Both the position numbers and the translations under genes were made by a program. From positions 160,001 to 224,000 of the forward strand of contig CAVUWV010000008.1 of NCBI GenBank assembly GCA_963745075.1: a stretch of DNA of 64,000 nucleotides. The letters run 5' to 3'. The stretch comes from Candidatus Hydrogenedentota bacterium. Its GTDB lineage: Bacteria > Hydrogenedentota > Hydrogenedentia > Hydrogenedentales > SLHB01. Below the pieces are notes generated by a model. That model did not search any database and was not told the DNA's origin. It saw nothing but the letters and a program-made list of their open reading frames with translations. Shown one piece after another: positions 20,821 to 29,909 of the stretch. The stretch's first letter is position 1, and each line of letters begins with the position of its first letter.

Positions 20821-21138
20821 ATGGCAACAGTGATTCGACTGCAACGCGGCGGGCGTACGCACGCGCCGTATTATCGGGTCGTGGTGATGGACTCGCGTGA
20901 TCGGACGCGGGGCCGCGTCATCGACCAGATCGGCGTGTACCACCCCTGCGCGAACCCGCAGCCCAACGACGAGATCGACACGAAGAAGGCCCTGCGGTGG
21001 CTTGGCGAAGGCGCCAAACCGTCCGACACGGCGCGGAAACTTCTGTCGAAGCACGGTGTGATGGCGGCGTTCGCGGCCGGCAAGAAGCCGGAAGACGTGG
21101 AAGTCGCCCAACCGTCTACTGAAGAAGCGACCTCCTGA
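20821..21138 (+). CDS. rpsP: 30S ribosomal protein S16
   Basis: IRLQRGG...PYYRVVVMDSR, WLGEGAKPSDT. Confidence 0.97.
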   Translation: MATVIRLQRGGRTHAPYYRVVVMDSRDRTRGRVIDQIGVYHPCANPQPNDEIDTKKALRWLGEGAKPSDTARKLLSKHGVMAAFAAGKKPEDVEVAQPSTEEATS

Positions 21139-21154
21139 CGGAGGGCCGGCGCTC

Positions 21155-21394
21155 ATGGCACAGACAAAAGAATTGGTGGAATTCATCGCCAAGAAGCTGG
21201 TCACGCACCCGGAAGACGTGAAAGTACGGGTTATCGAGAACGAAGAAGGCCAGGTTTTGGAGTTGCGGGTGAATCCGGAGGACATGGGCAAGGTCATCGG
21301 CCGGGGCGGCAAGACCGCCAAGGCGATGCGCAGCCTGTTGGCTTCGGCCACGACCAAGAGCAACACGCGGGCGGTCCTCCAGATCGTCGAGTAG
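21155..21394 (+). CDS. khpA: KH domain RNA-binding protein
   Basis: DMGKVIGRGG motif; conserved position after rpsP. Confidence 0.92.
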   Translation: MAQTKELVEFIAKKLVTHPEDVKVRVIENEEGQVLELRVNPEDMGKVIGRGGKTAKAMRSLLASATTKSNTRAVLQIVE

Positions 21395-21406
21395 CGGGGA
21401 GGCACG

Positions 21407-21934
21407 ATGCCCGGCCCGTGGATCCGAATCGGCACCGTCCGAACGGTCAACCCGGCGAGACGGGAACTGCGCGTGGATGCGGATGCAGTTCACGCGTATC
21501 AGTTCGAAGGGTTGGAATGGATCGGCGTCGGGCGTGAGGAAGCGGCTTTGACGCGATGCCGGGTGGACGCCGTTCACCGCCGCGAAAACGAGGCGACGTT
21601 CCGGCTGAGTGCGGGGGTCACTCGGGATTCCGTGGCGGCGATGCGTAAGGCGGGAGTCTACATCGAAGCGGTAGCCCGGAAAGCGCGGCCCGATGGGGAA
21701 TGGCATCCCGCGGAGTTGGTGGGCCTCACCGTGGTGGGGCCGGGCGATACGGTTCTCGGAACCGTCAAGGCGTTGATCGAGACCGGCGCCAACGATGTGG
21801 TTGAAGTGACGAAGCCGGAGGGCGGAAGCTTGCTCCTCCCGGTGATTGAACAGGTAATTGAATCCGTCGACCTGGGAACGGGTCGCGTATACCTGGGCGA
21901 CATTACGCCCTATGCGGTGGACGATGAGGATTGA
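21407..21934 (+). CDS. rimM: Ribosome maturation factor RimM
   Basis: C-terminal PRC barrel (ELVGLTV, ETGANDV, LLLP); synteny; N-domain divergent. Confidence 0.85.
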   Translation: MPGPWIRIGTVRTVNPARRELRVDADAVHAYQFEGLEWIGVGREEAALTRCRVDAVHRRENEATFRLSAGVTRDSVAAMRKAGVYIEAVARKARPDGEWHPAELVGLTVVGPGDTVLGTVKALIETGANDVVEVTKPEGGSLLLPVIEQVIESVDLGTGRVYLGDITPYAVDDED

Positions 21935-22676
21935 TGTCCTCACGATTTTCCCGGAGCTGTTTGACGCTCCCTTGAAGGTGAGCCTGCTGGGCAAAGCCGT
22001 CGAGCAGGGCATCCTGACGGTGGCCGTGACCGACATCCGGGATTTCACCAGGGACAAGCACCGCACCGTGGACGACGCGCCTTTCGGCGGCGGCGCCGGC
22101 ATGGTGATGAAGTGCGAACCGCTCTTCGCGGCGGTGGAAAGTTTAGGCGACCGAAACTCGTTGCAGCGCGTGATTCTGCTGTCCCCCCGTGGACGACCGC
22201 TGACGCAAGGCGTCGTGCGTGAACTCGCTGCCGAGCCCGATGCCGTGCTCATCTGCGGCCGCTACGAAGGCGTGGATGAACGCGTCAGCCAGGCGCTCTG
22301 TACGGACGAGATTTCGGTAGGCGACTATGTGTTAAGCGGCGGCGAATTGCCGGCCCTGACCCTCATCGAAGCGGTCAGCCGGATGCTGCCGGGAGTGATT
22401 GGCGATTGGGAGTCCGTCGAGACGGACTCGTTTTACGATGGAATACTGGGTCCGCCCCAGTACACGCGGCCACCGGTCTTTCGAGACCTCGATGTGCCGC
22501 AGGTGCTGCGGGAAGGCAACCATGCGGCGATTCGCCGCTGGCGCCGGAAAGAGGCCCTTCGCGTGACTAAGAAGCGGCGCCCGGATCTGCTCGGGGCGTG
22601 CGGCGAGGGCGATCGCGCGCTCCTCAACGAGATCGAGCAGGAAGAGGCAGGACCGGAAAGGGAGGTCGAGTCGTGA
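21924..22676 (+). CDS. trmD: tRNA (guanine37-N1)-methyltransferase
   Basis: [39 protein letters not shown]. Confidence 0.98.
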   Translation: MRIDVLTIFPELFDAPLKVSLLGKAVEQGILTVAVTDIRDFTRDKHRTVDDAPFGGGAGMVMKCEPLFAAVESLGDRNSLQRVILLSPRGRPLTQGVVRELAAEPDAVLICGRYEGVDERVSQALCTDEISVGDYVLSGGELPALTLIEAVSRMLPGVIGDWESVETDSFYDGILGPPQYTRPPVFRDLDVPQVLREGNHAAIRRWRRKEALRVTKKRRPDLLGACGEGDRALLNEIEQEEAGPEREVES

Positions 22677-23065
22677 AAGCGCTTGAAGAACTGAAGCAGG
22701 CACAGAGAAAGCCGGCAGACAAAATTCCCCAATTCAATATCGGTGACACGGTGCGCGTGCATTTCCGTATCGTGGAAGGTGAGAAGGAACGCGTCCAGGT
22801 GTTTGAGGGCGTCGTTATTGGCCGCAAGGGCGGCGAAAGCCCGGACGCCCGGTTCACCGTGCGCCGCGTGGCCTTCGGCGAAGGCGTCGAACGCGTCTTC
22901 CCGCTCCACTCCCCGCGCATCGAGAAGGTCGAAGTGTCGCGCGAAGGCAGCGTGCGCCGTGCGAAACTCTACTATCTGCGCGAGCGGTCCGGTAAAGCCG
23001 CGCGCGTGAAGGCCAAAGAGCGTTCCACGTCGACGAAGACAAAGGCGAAGGCGAAGGCGAAATAG
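22673..23065 (+). CDS. rplS: 50S ribosomal protein L19
   Basis: GGAGG RBS with GTG start; [33 protein letters not shown]. Confidence 0.98.
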   Translation: MKALEELKQAQRKPADKIPQFNIGDTVRVHFRIVEGEKERVQVFEGVVIGRKGGESPDARFTVRRVAFGEGVERVFPLHSPRIEKVEVSREGSVRRAKLYYLRERSGKAARVKAKERSTSTKTKAKAKAK

Positions 23066-23116
23066 TGTCCACGCGGATGCCCGATTGGTAAACCGCGGGC
23101 GACATCATGCTATGCT

Positions 23117-23147
23117 TGGGGCGGACTGGTTCCGCCCCATTTTCTTT
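23117..23147 (+). terminator. Intrinsic terminator after rplS
   Basis: TGGGGCGGA/TCCGCCCCA stem followed by TTTTCTTT. Confidence 0.75.
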
Positions 23148-23174
23148 GATGCAACTAGCGCTGAGAAACGCCGC

Positions 23175-23298
23175 GGACAACAGAGACAGCAGGGACGATA
23201 TGGACGTTATGGACAAGTTGGACAGCCACGAGACAGACCGTGACGGCTTTCAGAATCCCGTGCGTTGATCCGTCCATATCATCCGTACGGTCCTTAGG
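23175..23298. repeat. Degenerate 9-bp tandem repeats (GGACnnnnn) with an inverted block
   Basis: Six units at 23175-23228 and three inverted units at 23272-23298. Confidence 0.7.
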
Positions 23299-23359
23299 AT
23301 TCCTGGCTCGGCCCTCACGTGGAACCTCAGGCATATACGGCTGCATGGAGTATTCGTTG

Positions 23360-24139
23360 GTGAAACCGACTTTGGAAGACCTTCGGGATGCCATTTCGGC
23401 GGGTCCGCCGTTTGCGGAGGAGTTGCTGGCGGCTCTGAAGTCGGACGAACGGGCGGGTGCGCGGGTCTTGTATGAACGGTGTCTGCGGGACACAGGCCGG
23501 ACCGAAGCCGAGGCCGCGCGGTTGGACGCCATGCTGGAATTTGAAACTGCCGCCCGGAAAAACGGATTCCAGCGGATCGCCGGCGTCGACGAGGCGGGGC
23601 GGGGTCCTCTGGCGGGACCGATCGTCGCCGGGGCCGTTGTTTTGAATGGGCCGGTTTCGGGTTTGAACGATTCGAAGCTATTGACCAAGGCGCAACGGGA
23701 GACCCTGTTCGACGTATTGTACGGCGGGGGCCATGACATCGGCTGCGCCGCGGTGCCGTCAGAAGAGATCGATGCCATGGGTATCCAGGCCGCCAACTAC
23801 ACGGCCATGCTTCGCGCCGTAAATGACTTACGTGAGGCGCCGGACTTCTTGCTGGTGGACGGGTTCGCCATCCCGGGATGCGCCGTGCCCCACGAACGAT
23901 TGGTGAAAGGCGACCGCCGTTCGCAGTCCATCGCCGCAGCGAGTATCATAGCGAAAGTCACGCGCGACCGCGTGATGAATGAGTTGGACGCCGCGTACCC
24001 GGGTTATGGGTTTGCCAGGCACAAGGGGTACGCAACGCGCGAACACCTGGATGCCATCGAGCGGCTGGGGCCGTGCCCCACGCATCGGATGAGCTTCGCC
24101 CCCATCGCCCGCGCCGTGGAGTCGGGCGAGCTGTTCTGA
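23360..24139 (+). CDS. rnhB: Ribonuclease HII
   Basis: AGVDEAGRGPLAGP, NDSK, VDG, KGD, IAAASIIAKVTRD, HKGY. Start at 23345 or 23360. Confidence 0.97.
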   Translation: MKPTLEDLRDAISAGPPFAEELLAALKSDERAGARVLYERCLRDTGRTEAEAARLDAMLEFETAARKNGFQRIAGVDEAGRGPLAGPIVAGAVVLNGPVSGLNDSKLLTKAQRETLFDVLYGGGHDIGCAAVPSEEIDAMGIQAANYTAMLRAVNDLREAPDFLLVDGFAIPGCAVPHERLVKGDRRSQSIAAASIIAKVTRDRVMNELDAAYPGYGFARHKGYATREHLDAIERLGPCPTHRMSFAPIARAVESGELF

Positions 24140-24196
24140 CACCGGCATGAGACCTATCGGCGCGGAGCGCGCTTTGCGAAACGAGGAACTACCTTG

Positions 24197-25876
24197 ATGC
24201 GACTGATGACGACGATCGTTCTGGCGATTTCGGCGGGTTGTGCCACGGCGCCCAGCGCGGAGCAATTCAGCAACAACTCCGTTTCGCGCGAGGCGGAGGG
24301 ATACAACCACTACCTCGCCGGCGTGTTGTACCAGCGGAACGGGCAATTCGACCAAGCGGCCCAGGAATTCCGCAAAGCGTCGGATCTGTTGCCGGATTCC
24401 ACGCTCTTGAATATCCGCCTCGTGCAGTTCTACATCGACGTGCAGGACTACGAGAACGCCGAGATCATGTGCAAACGCGTGCTCAAACGGGTGCCGGACG
24501 ACGCGAGCCTGTGGATCATCCTGGCCACGCTGTACCAGCAGGAGGACAAGCACGAGGCAGCCGCCGAGGCCATCGAGAAGGCCATGGCCTTGAAGCCGCA
24601 GACGCTGGAAGACTTTGAAGGATTGCTCCGCGTCGGCGAACTGGCCAACGATCGCATCACTACGATCGACGTGCTGCGAAAGCTCTCCGAACTCATCCCC
24701 GATTCCGCGGAAGTGTACCTGCGCTTGGGCATGAGTCTGGCCCGTATCGACAACGGCGAAGACGCGCAGGCCGCCCTCGAAAAGGCGTTGAAGTTGGATC
24801 CATCGATGGTCCAGGCGCGGTCGCTGCTGGGCATCGTGTATCTCGAAGAAGACAAAAACGAGGAAGCCGCCGAGCAGTTCCGCCTGTATCTGGACAAGAT
24901 GCCGGAGGACGACGGCAGCCGCGAGTTTCTGGCGGGCGCCCTGGCTCGAATGGGGCAATACGGCGACGCCGATTCGGAAATCAATACCATTGTCAAAAAC
25001 GGCCATCCGGAACCGATTCAGTATCTCGAACAGGTTTACCTGCTGATCCGGGCCGACCGCGCGGAGGAAGCGACGGCCGTTGTACCGACGAATGACACCC
25101 CGATCCTGGGCACGGTCTTTCGCGCCCTCGCCCGCCGCGCTGCGGGCAAACCCTACCGCCCCTTGTTGGAATCGCTCGATGGCGCGGAAGGCGATCTCGA
25201 TTTCGAATGCACCGAGTATCTCAATGGGCTGCTGTACCTCTTCGGACAAGAGAACGCGGGAGGGTATCTGATCGATGCGCTCACAGCAATGCGCACCGAA
25301 GTTCCCTCGCGGACGCTCGACCTGGTTCAAGCCCGCGCGCTGATGAGCATGGACCGGGATCGGGATGCCGCAGACATCCTGGAAACCGTGGGGGCGCAAG
25401 CGGAGGACGACAAACTGGTCCACTACTATCTGGGGACGGTTTACGAATCGCTGGATCAATACCGCGACGCGGACCGTGAGATGCGGCGGTGCCTCGCGAT
25501 CGATCCCTCCGACGCGGAAACCATGAACAATCTGGCCTACATGTACGCCGAACAGGGGATCAAGCTGGACGAGGCGGAACGCCTGCTAAAGAAGGCCTTG
25601 GAACTTTCGCCGGACAATGGGTTCTACCTCGACAGTCTCGGCTGGGTGTACTTCAAGAAAGGCAAAGCGGACCTCGCGATCGAGTACATCCGCCGCGCGA
25701 TTCTCGCCATGAACCGCGACGACGCGGTGCTCCGGGACCATCTGGGCGATGCCTATATGCTCAAGGGCGACGCCAAGAAAGCCGTGGGGGAATGGGATCG
25801 GGCCCGCCGGCTGGATCCTTCCCTCGAAGGCGTCCAAGACAAGATTGACGCCCACCGGAAAGCCTCGGACCTCTGA
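24197..25876 (+). CDS. TPR-repeat lipoprotein
   Basis: Lipobox ISAG-C; multiple TPRs (NNLAYMYA, YLDSLGWVYFK, DHLGDAY). Confidence 0.9.
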   Translation: MRLMTTIVLAISAGCATAPSAEQFSNNSVSREAEGYNHYLAGVLYQRNGQFDQAAQEFRKASDLLPDSTLLNIRLVQFYIDVQDYENAEIMCKRVLKRVPDDASLWIILATLYQQEDKHEAAAEAIEKAMALKPQTLEDFEGLLRVGELANDRITTIDVLRKLSELIPDSAEVYLRLGMSLARIDNGEDAQAALEKALKLDPSMVQARSLLGIVYLEEDKNEEAAEQFRLYLDKMPEDDGSREFLAGALARMGQYGDADSEINTIVKNGHPEPIQYLEQVYLLIRADRAEEATAVVPTNDTPILGTVFRALARRAAGKPYRPLLESLDGAEGDLDFECTEYLNGLLYLFGQENAGGYLIDALTAMRTEVPSRTLDLVQARALMSMDRDRDAADILETVGAQAEDDKLVHYYLGTVYESLDQYRDADREMRRCLAIDPSDAETMNNLAYMYAEQGIKLDEAERLLKKALELSPDNGFYLDSLGWVYFKKGKADLAIEYIRRAILAMNRDDAVLRDHLGDAYMLKGDAKKAVGEWDRARRLDPSLEGVQDKIDAHRKASDL

Positions 25877-25886
25877 AGGATTCCCG

Positions 25887-28310
25887 CTACCGATTGTTCT
25901 GGGGCGGGGCAAGCACGTAGGACTTGCCACGACGAAGGATCAGGATGTCGTCGGCCTTGGTGAGCGTTACCGTCTGCTCTTGGGGATTGAACTCGCCGGC
26001 CGACCATCCATCGAAGACGTCGTCGCCGACGGAATAGGTGCCGTCTCGCGAACGGCCGTCGGGGAGTATGACGCGAATCGAGAAAACAGCGGGTTTGCCC
26101 GGCGTCGCCATGATGCCGCGCAACTCGACTTGGGGTGCGATCTGCCGCATCAACTCTTCGGACATCCCCGTTTGCGCAGGGGCCGTTCCGCTGGACGCAC
26201 CTTGCGCGACGGATTGCGATGCTTCCTTTTCCCGCCCTTGATCTTCGATCGTAAACTCGCGCTCACGCGTCTTCTCTGGGTCCGCTGACTTCAGCAGCAC
26301 ACGGTACGTGCCCGGTTTCAAGTGATACGTCAGTTTTGCTTGCATGCCCGAGGGAATGGACATCATCTCGTTGCCGGTCATGGGGATTTTGAATTCACGG
26401 CCCGCCGCTTGCACCTTGTCCGGCGGTCCGGCATCAACCCACGACGAATCCCCTATCTTCGTATCGAAGAAGAATTCATAGGCATTTGCCATACTCGAAT
26501 TGGGCGCGAGCACCAACATTCGCGCCCCGTGGTTGACGACGGTAACGGTCGTCTCCACATTTGCGGGGTCGCCTTCGATTGCCTTGGATTCGGCGCGTAT
26601 CACGGGATCTGCGAGACGGTATCCCCCCCAGTCGGTAAAGACCCCGGCGAGCCCAAGCGCCATGACGAGGGCAACCACCGGAAACAACGCCCTTGTGTCG
26701 CGCGACGAGAGAAGCGCCATGGCAGAGGCGGTGCCGATCCCACACATGGCCAGGAGGTAGACAACAATTCCCGTTCGCTGGAGCCAGGGACCGCCCTCTC
26801 GCAGGCGTTCCGCGACAATCCCCATTCCATACTCCGACCCGTGAATGTACACCGCCGACAAAAGACCGGCGAACAGCCATATCGCAGCCAGGAACACCCC
26901 GCGGGCCGCGCGTTGGGGCATGAAAGACACGAGTGCCACGAGAATCGCCGTGACCATCGGAAAGGACACGAGCCAGTGGGCATCCGGTTCCTGGGCGGCC
27001 AGGTTGCGGAATAGGTTTAATGGCGTCGCCTGGCCCGTCACCGGCAAGAACAAGACAAAGAGCATCAGCGCCGCGGATACGAAAGCCACCCAGGATTCTG
27101 CGGGCGTGCGAGACGGCGGCCCCGGTTTCGCAAGTCGGCTGAGGAAGGTGCCACGCAACCGGGGCACTTCTTCCGAGGTATTTGCATTCAACGCGCGGAC
27201 CACCATGACCCGGGCTTTCGCGAGGTCGCTCCGCGCTTTAATGCAACGGCTTTCAATTCCGTTGAATTCGTCGCGATCGATCCGCCCGGCTTTCAATCGT
27301 CCCCGCACGTGATCGAGTTGGGCGTCGAGACCATCCGCGTCGCTCGCGTAGTCTTCGGCCAGTTGCTCCAACCGTTCGCGGCAGAACTGCACGTGAGCCC
27401 GGGCGCGCATGCGTTCTCCGTCCGCTTCAGCCCGGCACTCTTCCACGGATCGCTCGGACATGGCGGCGCCGGTTTTCATCCGTTCGGCTTCGCTCAGTTT
27501 TCGTTCAGCCAAGGCCCGCTCTTCCAGCGCCTCGCGTAGTTCGTCAACGTGCGCGTTCAGCAGGGGTTCGCCGCCGTCCGGCTCCGTGGACAGGCTTACG
27601 CGCGGCAGCGATTTTGGGGTCTGGCTCAAGGGGACGTTCTGATGGCCGCCGGCCACATGCGGATCGTCCACGGCGAGCCATCCGCGAAGATTCGTTTGCC
27701 GCCGTTCAAAGTGATCTCGCTTCTTGCGGAGACGGGTCACCTGCTCCTGGTATTGATCGAAGGCAATCTCGCCCACGCGAACGGCCAGGCTCAGTTCGGC
27801 AATTTTTTCTTGAACGGACGCCAACTCGATGGCCGTCTCCATGAGACGCTGTCGCAGTTCCTCCTCGAGATCGGATTGCAGGTTCTTGATTCGGGTGCGG
27901 TATCCGACCAGTTCCGCGCGATTCGCGTCCTTCTTACCCGAGGTCGGGCCCAGTTCGTCCAGCGCCCGAATCTGCCGGTCCACGGCGGCTTGAAGATTGC
28001 ACAGGAGACGCAACGGTTCGAGCACTTCGAACGGCGCGGTACTCTTCTTGCGCTTCCCGTCGTCGGTATCGGCGGCCGGCGAAACCTCGCGTTCGTCGAT
28101 TGGACGGTGTTTGACCTTACGAAGGAACTCGGGGTGGTCCCGGAGATAGAGTTCGGTGGTGTTGGCCGGTATTTCGTCCGGCCGCGGGATGCGGATCTTC
28201 TGTCGACAGGCCACACATTTTCCGGGGCGCCCGAACATGTCTTCGGACACCTTCATTTTTTGCCCGCAAACGCAGTAAATACGCAGTTGCGCTGCCTCGC
28301 TGCTAGGCAT
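25887..28310 (-). CDS. Membrane protein: zinc ribbon, long coiled coil, ~5 TM helices, extracytoplasmic beta domains with GspC/PilP-like C-terminus
   Basis: GGGAGG RBS; CVCG...CVAC; heptad-rich region; hydrophobic helices; C-terminal VELRGIM...YSVGD..GW. Domain names are inference. Confidence 0.7.
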   Translation of the reverse strand: MPSSEAAQLRIYCVCGQKMKVSEDMFGRPGKCVACRQKIRIPRPDEIPANTTELYLRDHPEFLRKVKHRPIDEREVSPAADTDDGKRKKSTAPFEVLEPLRLLCNLQAAVDRQIRALDELGPTSGKKDANRAELVGYRTRIKNLQSDLEEELRQRLMETAIELASVQEKIAELSLAVRVGEIAFDQYQEQVTRLRKKRDHFERRQTNLRGWLAVDDPHVAGGHQNVPLSQTPKSLPRVSLSTEPDGGEPLLNAHVDELREALEERALAERKLSEAERMKTGAAMSERSVEECRAEADGERMRARAHVQFCRERLEQLAEDYASDADGLDAQLDHVRGRLKAGRIDRDEFNGIESRCIKARSDLAKARVMVVRALNANTSEEVPRLRGTFLSRLAKPGPPSRTPAESWVAFVSAALMLFVLFLPVTGQATPLNLFRNLAAQEPDAHWLVSFPMVTAILVALVSFMPQRAARGVFLAAIWLFAGLLSAVYIHGSEYGMGIVAERLREGGPWLQRTGIVVYLLAMCGIGTASAMALLSSRDTRALFPVVALVMALGLAGVFTDWGGYRLADPVIRAESKAIEGDPANVETTVTVVNHGARMLVLAPNSSMANAYEFFFDTKIGDSSWVDAGPPDKVQAAGREFKIPMTGNEMMSIPSGMQAKLTYHLKPGTYRVLLKSADPEKTREREFTIEDQGREKEASQSVAQGASSGTAPAQTGMSEELMRQIAPQVELRGIMATPGKPAVFSIRVILPDGRSRDGTYSVGDDVFDGWSAGEFNPQEQTVTLTKADDILILRRGKSYVLAPPQNNR

Positions 28311-28690
28311 ACTGGCCTCCCTATACCTTCCCCACTGAAGGGTGCCTGATACACGCAAATGATTGCAAGCTTATCGGATAGCGGAAGTTATCCGCGCTTG
28401 CGATTCCGCCGGATGGGTCCGCGGACGGGAATTGCTGCGGCACGGTGCGGTGTGGGGTGGTTAATTCGACCACACCCGGGCAAGAACGAATCCTGGTCAA
28501 CACTGCCCAAAATCACAAAGGCAACAATTCTTCGTCACATATCTTCGTCACATATTGGTCGGTGGCTGACGAGGTCTCGTCGCTTTGACAGGTTTTTGCC
28601 GGTTCAACGCGCAGTTCGCCGGAATGGCCAGAAACGCATAAACGCAACAGACAAAGTAGTTTACAAAGAAGATGATGGCAAACCTCATGT

Positions 28691-28705
28691 TGGCACAACC
28701 ATTGC
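28691..28705 (+). promoter_or_regulatory. sigma54 (-24/-12) promoter
   Basis: TGGCAC-AACCA-TTGC with exact GG-N10-GC spacing; AT-rich upstream tract and tandem repeat. Confidence 0.8.
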
Positions 28706-28716
28706 GTTATTCTGAT

Positions 28717-29200
28717 CGTCTCGCTTAGAAGACGGAAAAGCACGGTCCCAGCAAGACCCCCGGATCCCCAGCCGGGGGTTCTTGCTGTCCGGAGCACGAG
28801 TTCACACTGCTGCTCGGACTTGGGGGGCGCACCAATCGGAGGGGAGCGTCCGCACTCCGCGGAAGAGGAACGGACATTGAAGCGGGGAATCGACTGCGTG
28901 GTTTCCTTCGCTGACCAGTCGTGGTTCACCCGGCAACCCCGTGCTGCCTACAACGAGGATTGTCGAACGAGTCGTTAGCAGCACGGACCGAGAGCACCGT
29001 GTCCTGATAACGAGTGGGCGTGCTGGCCAGCTCGGGCCAGGCGCGTCGCAGCACGGGGTTGAGGGTGAATCCGTTCGAATGCGTCGCACTTCCCAATCGC
29101 ACCATTTCCTTCCCCGGCGTTTCTCCCCACGCACCCAGTTTCCAACGCGAGTTCGGGTGCTGAACCCTGAAACAAATCTGAATTTTCGACTGGGAATGTG
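28717..29200 (+). ncRNA. Candidate large structured ncRNA of unknown family; 3' end uncertain
   Basis: Starts at the predicted sigma54 TSS; consecutive hairpins plus a perfect 14-bp long-range stem; no credible ORF; the downstream gene has its own promoter. Confidence 0.55.
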
Positions 29201-29278
29201 ACCAAGACGTGGGATGAGCCGACGCGTTCAAGGGCCGTACGAACCGCCCCGGCACCGGCCGCGCTCCAGGGCCTGACG

Positions 29279-29307
29279 TTGCCTGTGTGACTCCGACCCG
29301 ATACAAT
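29279..29307 (+). promoter_or_regulatory. sigma70-type promoter of the DinB-family gene
   Basis: TTGCCT-N17-TACAAT. Confidence 0.7.
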
Positions 29308-29361
29308 GACAGCGGGCTGCGCGGTGGCCCCGCAAAACACGTGTGAAGGCAGGAGGGCGTT

Positions 29362-29856
29362 ATGAACGCGATCGAATCTTTGATGGAGGGGTTTACCCAT
29401 GAATCGGCGGCGACCCGAAAGATCCTGGAGCGGGTGCCGGAGGAACATTTCGGCTGGAAACCCCACGAGAAATCGATGACCTTGGGGCGGCTCGCCTCAC
29501 ATGTCGCCGAGAATGCACAATGGGCGCCGTGGATTCTGACGATGGACGAATTCGTGGTGGAAGAAGGCAGCTACACGCCTTTCGACGCGAAGGATAGGGA
29601 CGACTTGTTGGCCACATTCGATCGCCATGTTAAAGAGGCCCAAAAGGCCTTCGAGGGCGCCGATGAAAGCTCACTCGAAAAGACCTGGCGGATGAAGTGG
29701 GGCGGCGCGGTCGTGGTCGACATGCCCCGGGCAGCGGTCTTGAACATGTTCCTTCTCGGCCATTTGATCCATCATCGCGGGCAGCTTACGGTGTACTTGC
29801 GGATGAAGGATGTGCCGCTCCCGCAACTGTACGGTCCCACCGCCGACGAGCGGTAG
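29362..29856 (+). CDS. DinB/YfiT-like family protein
   Basis: WKPHEKSMTLGRLASH, HLIHHRGQLTVYLR, P.LYGPTADE. Confidence 0.92.
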   Translation: MNAIESLMEGFTHESAATRKILERVPEEHFGWKPHEKSMTLGRLASHVAENAQWAPWILTMDEFVVEEGSYTPFDAKDRDDLLATFDRHVKEAQKAFEGADESSLEKTWRMKWGGAVVVDMPRAAVLNMFLLGHLIHHRGQLTVYLRMKDVPLPQLYGPTADER

Positions 29857-29909
29857 CCGAACACGCGACAAACATTCAGATCTACCGGGCAATGGGGTAG
29901 TTACACGAT

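Noticed and set aside
23066..23160. Possible tRNA after rplS
   Set aside because: No T-loop or cloverleaf; the hairpin with a U-tract is a terminator.
28670..28710. GGCAAAC resembling a c-di-GMP-I riboswitch
   Set aside because: No GNRA-capped stem or downstream GCAAA element; the sequence overlaps the sigma54 promoter.
28359..29466. ORFs of 86-163 aa in the large intergenic region
   Set aside because: No RBS, atypical composition, mutually overlapping, and no recognisable motifs.
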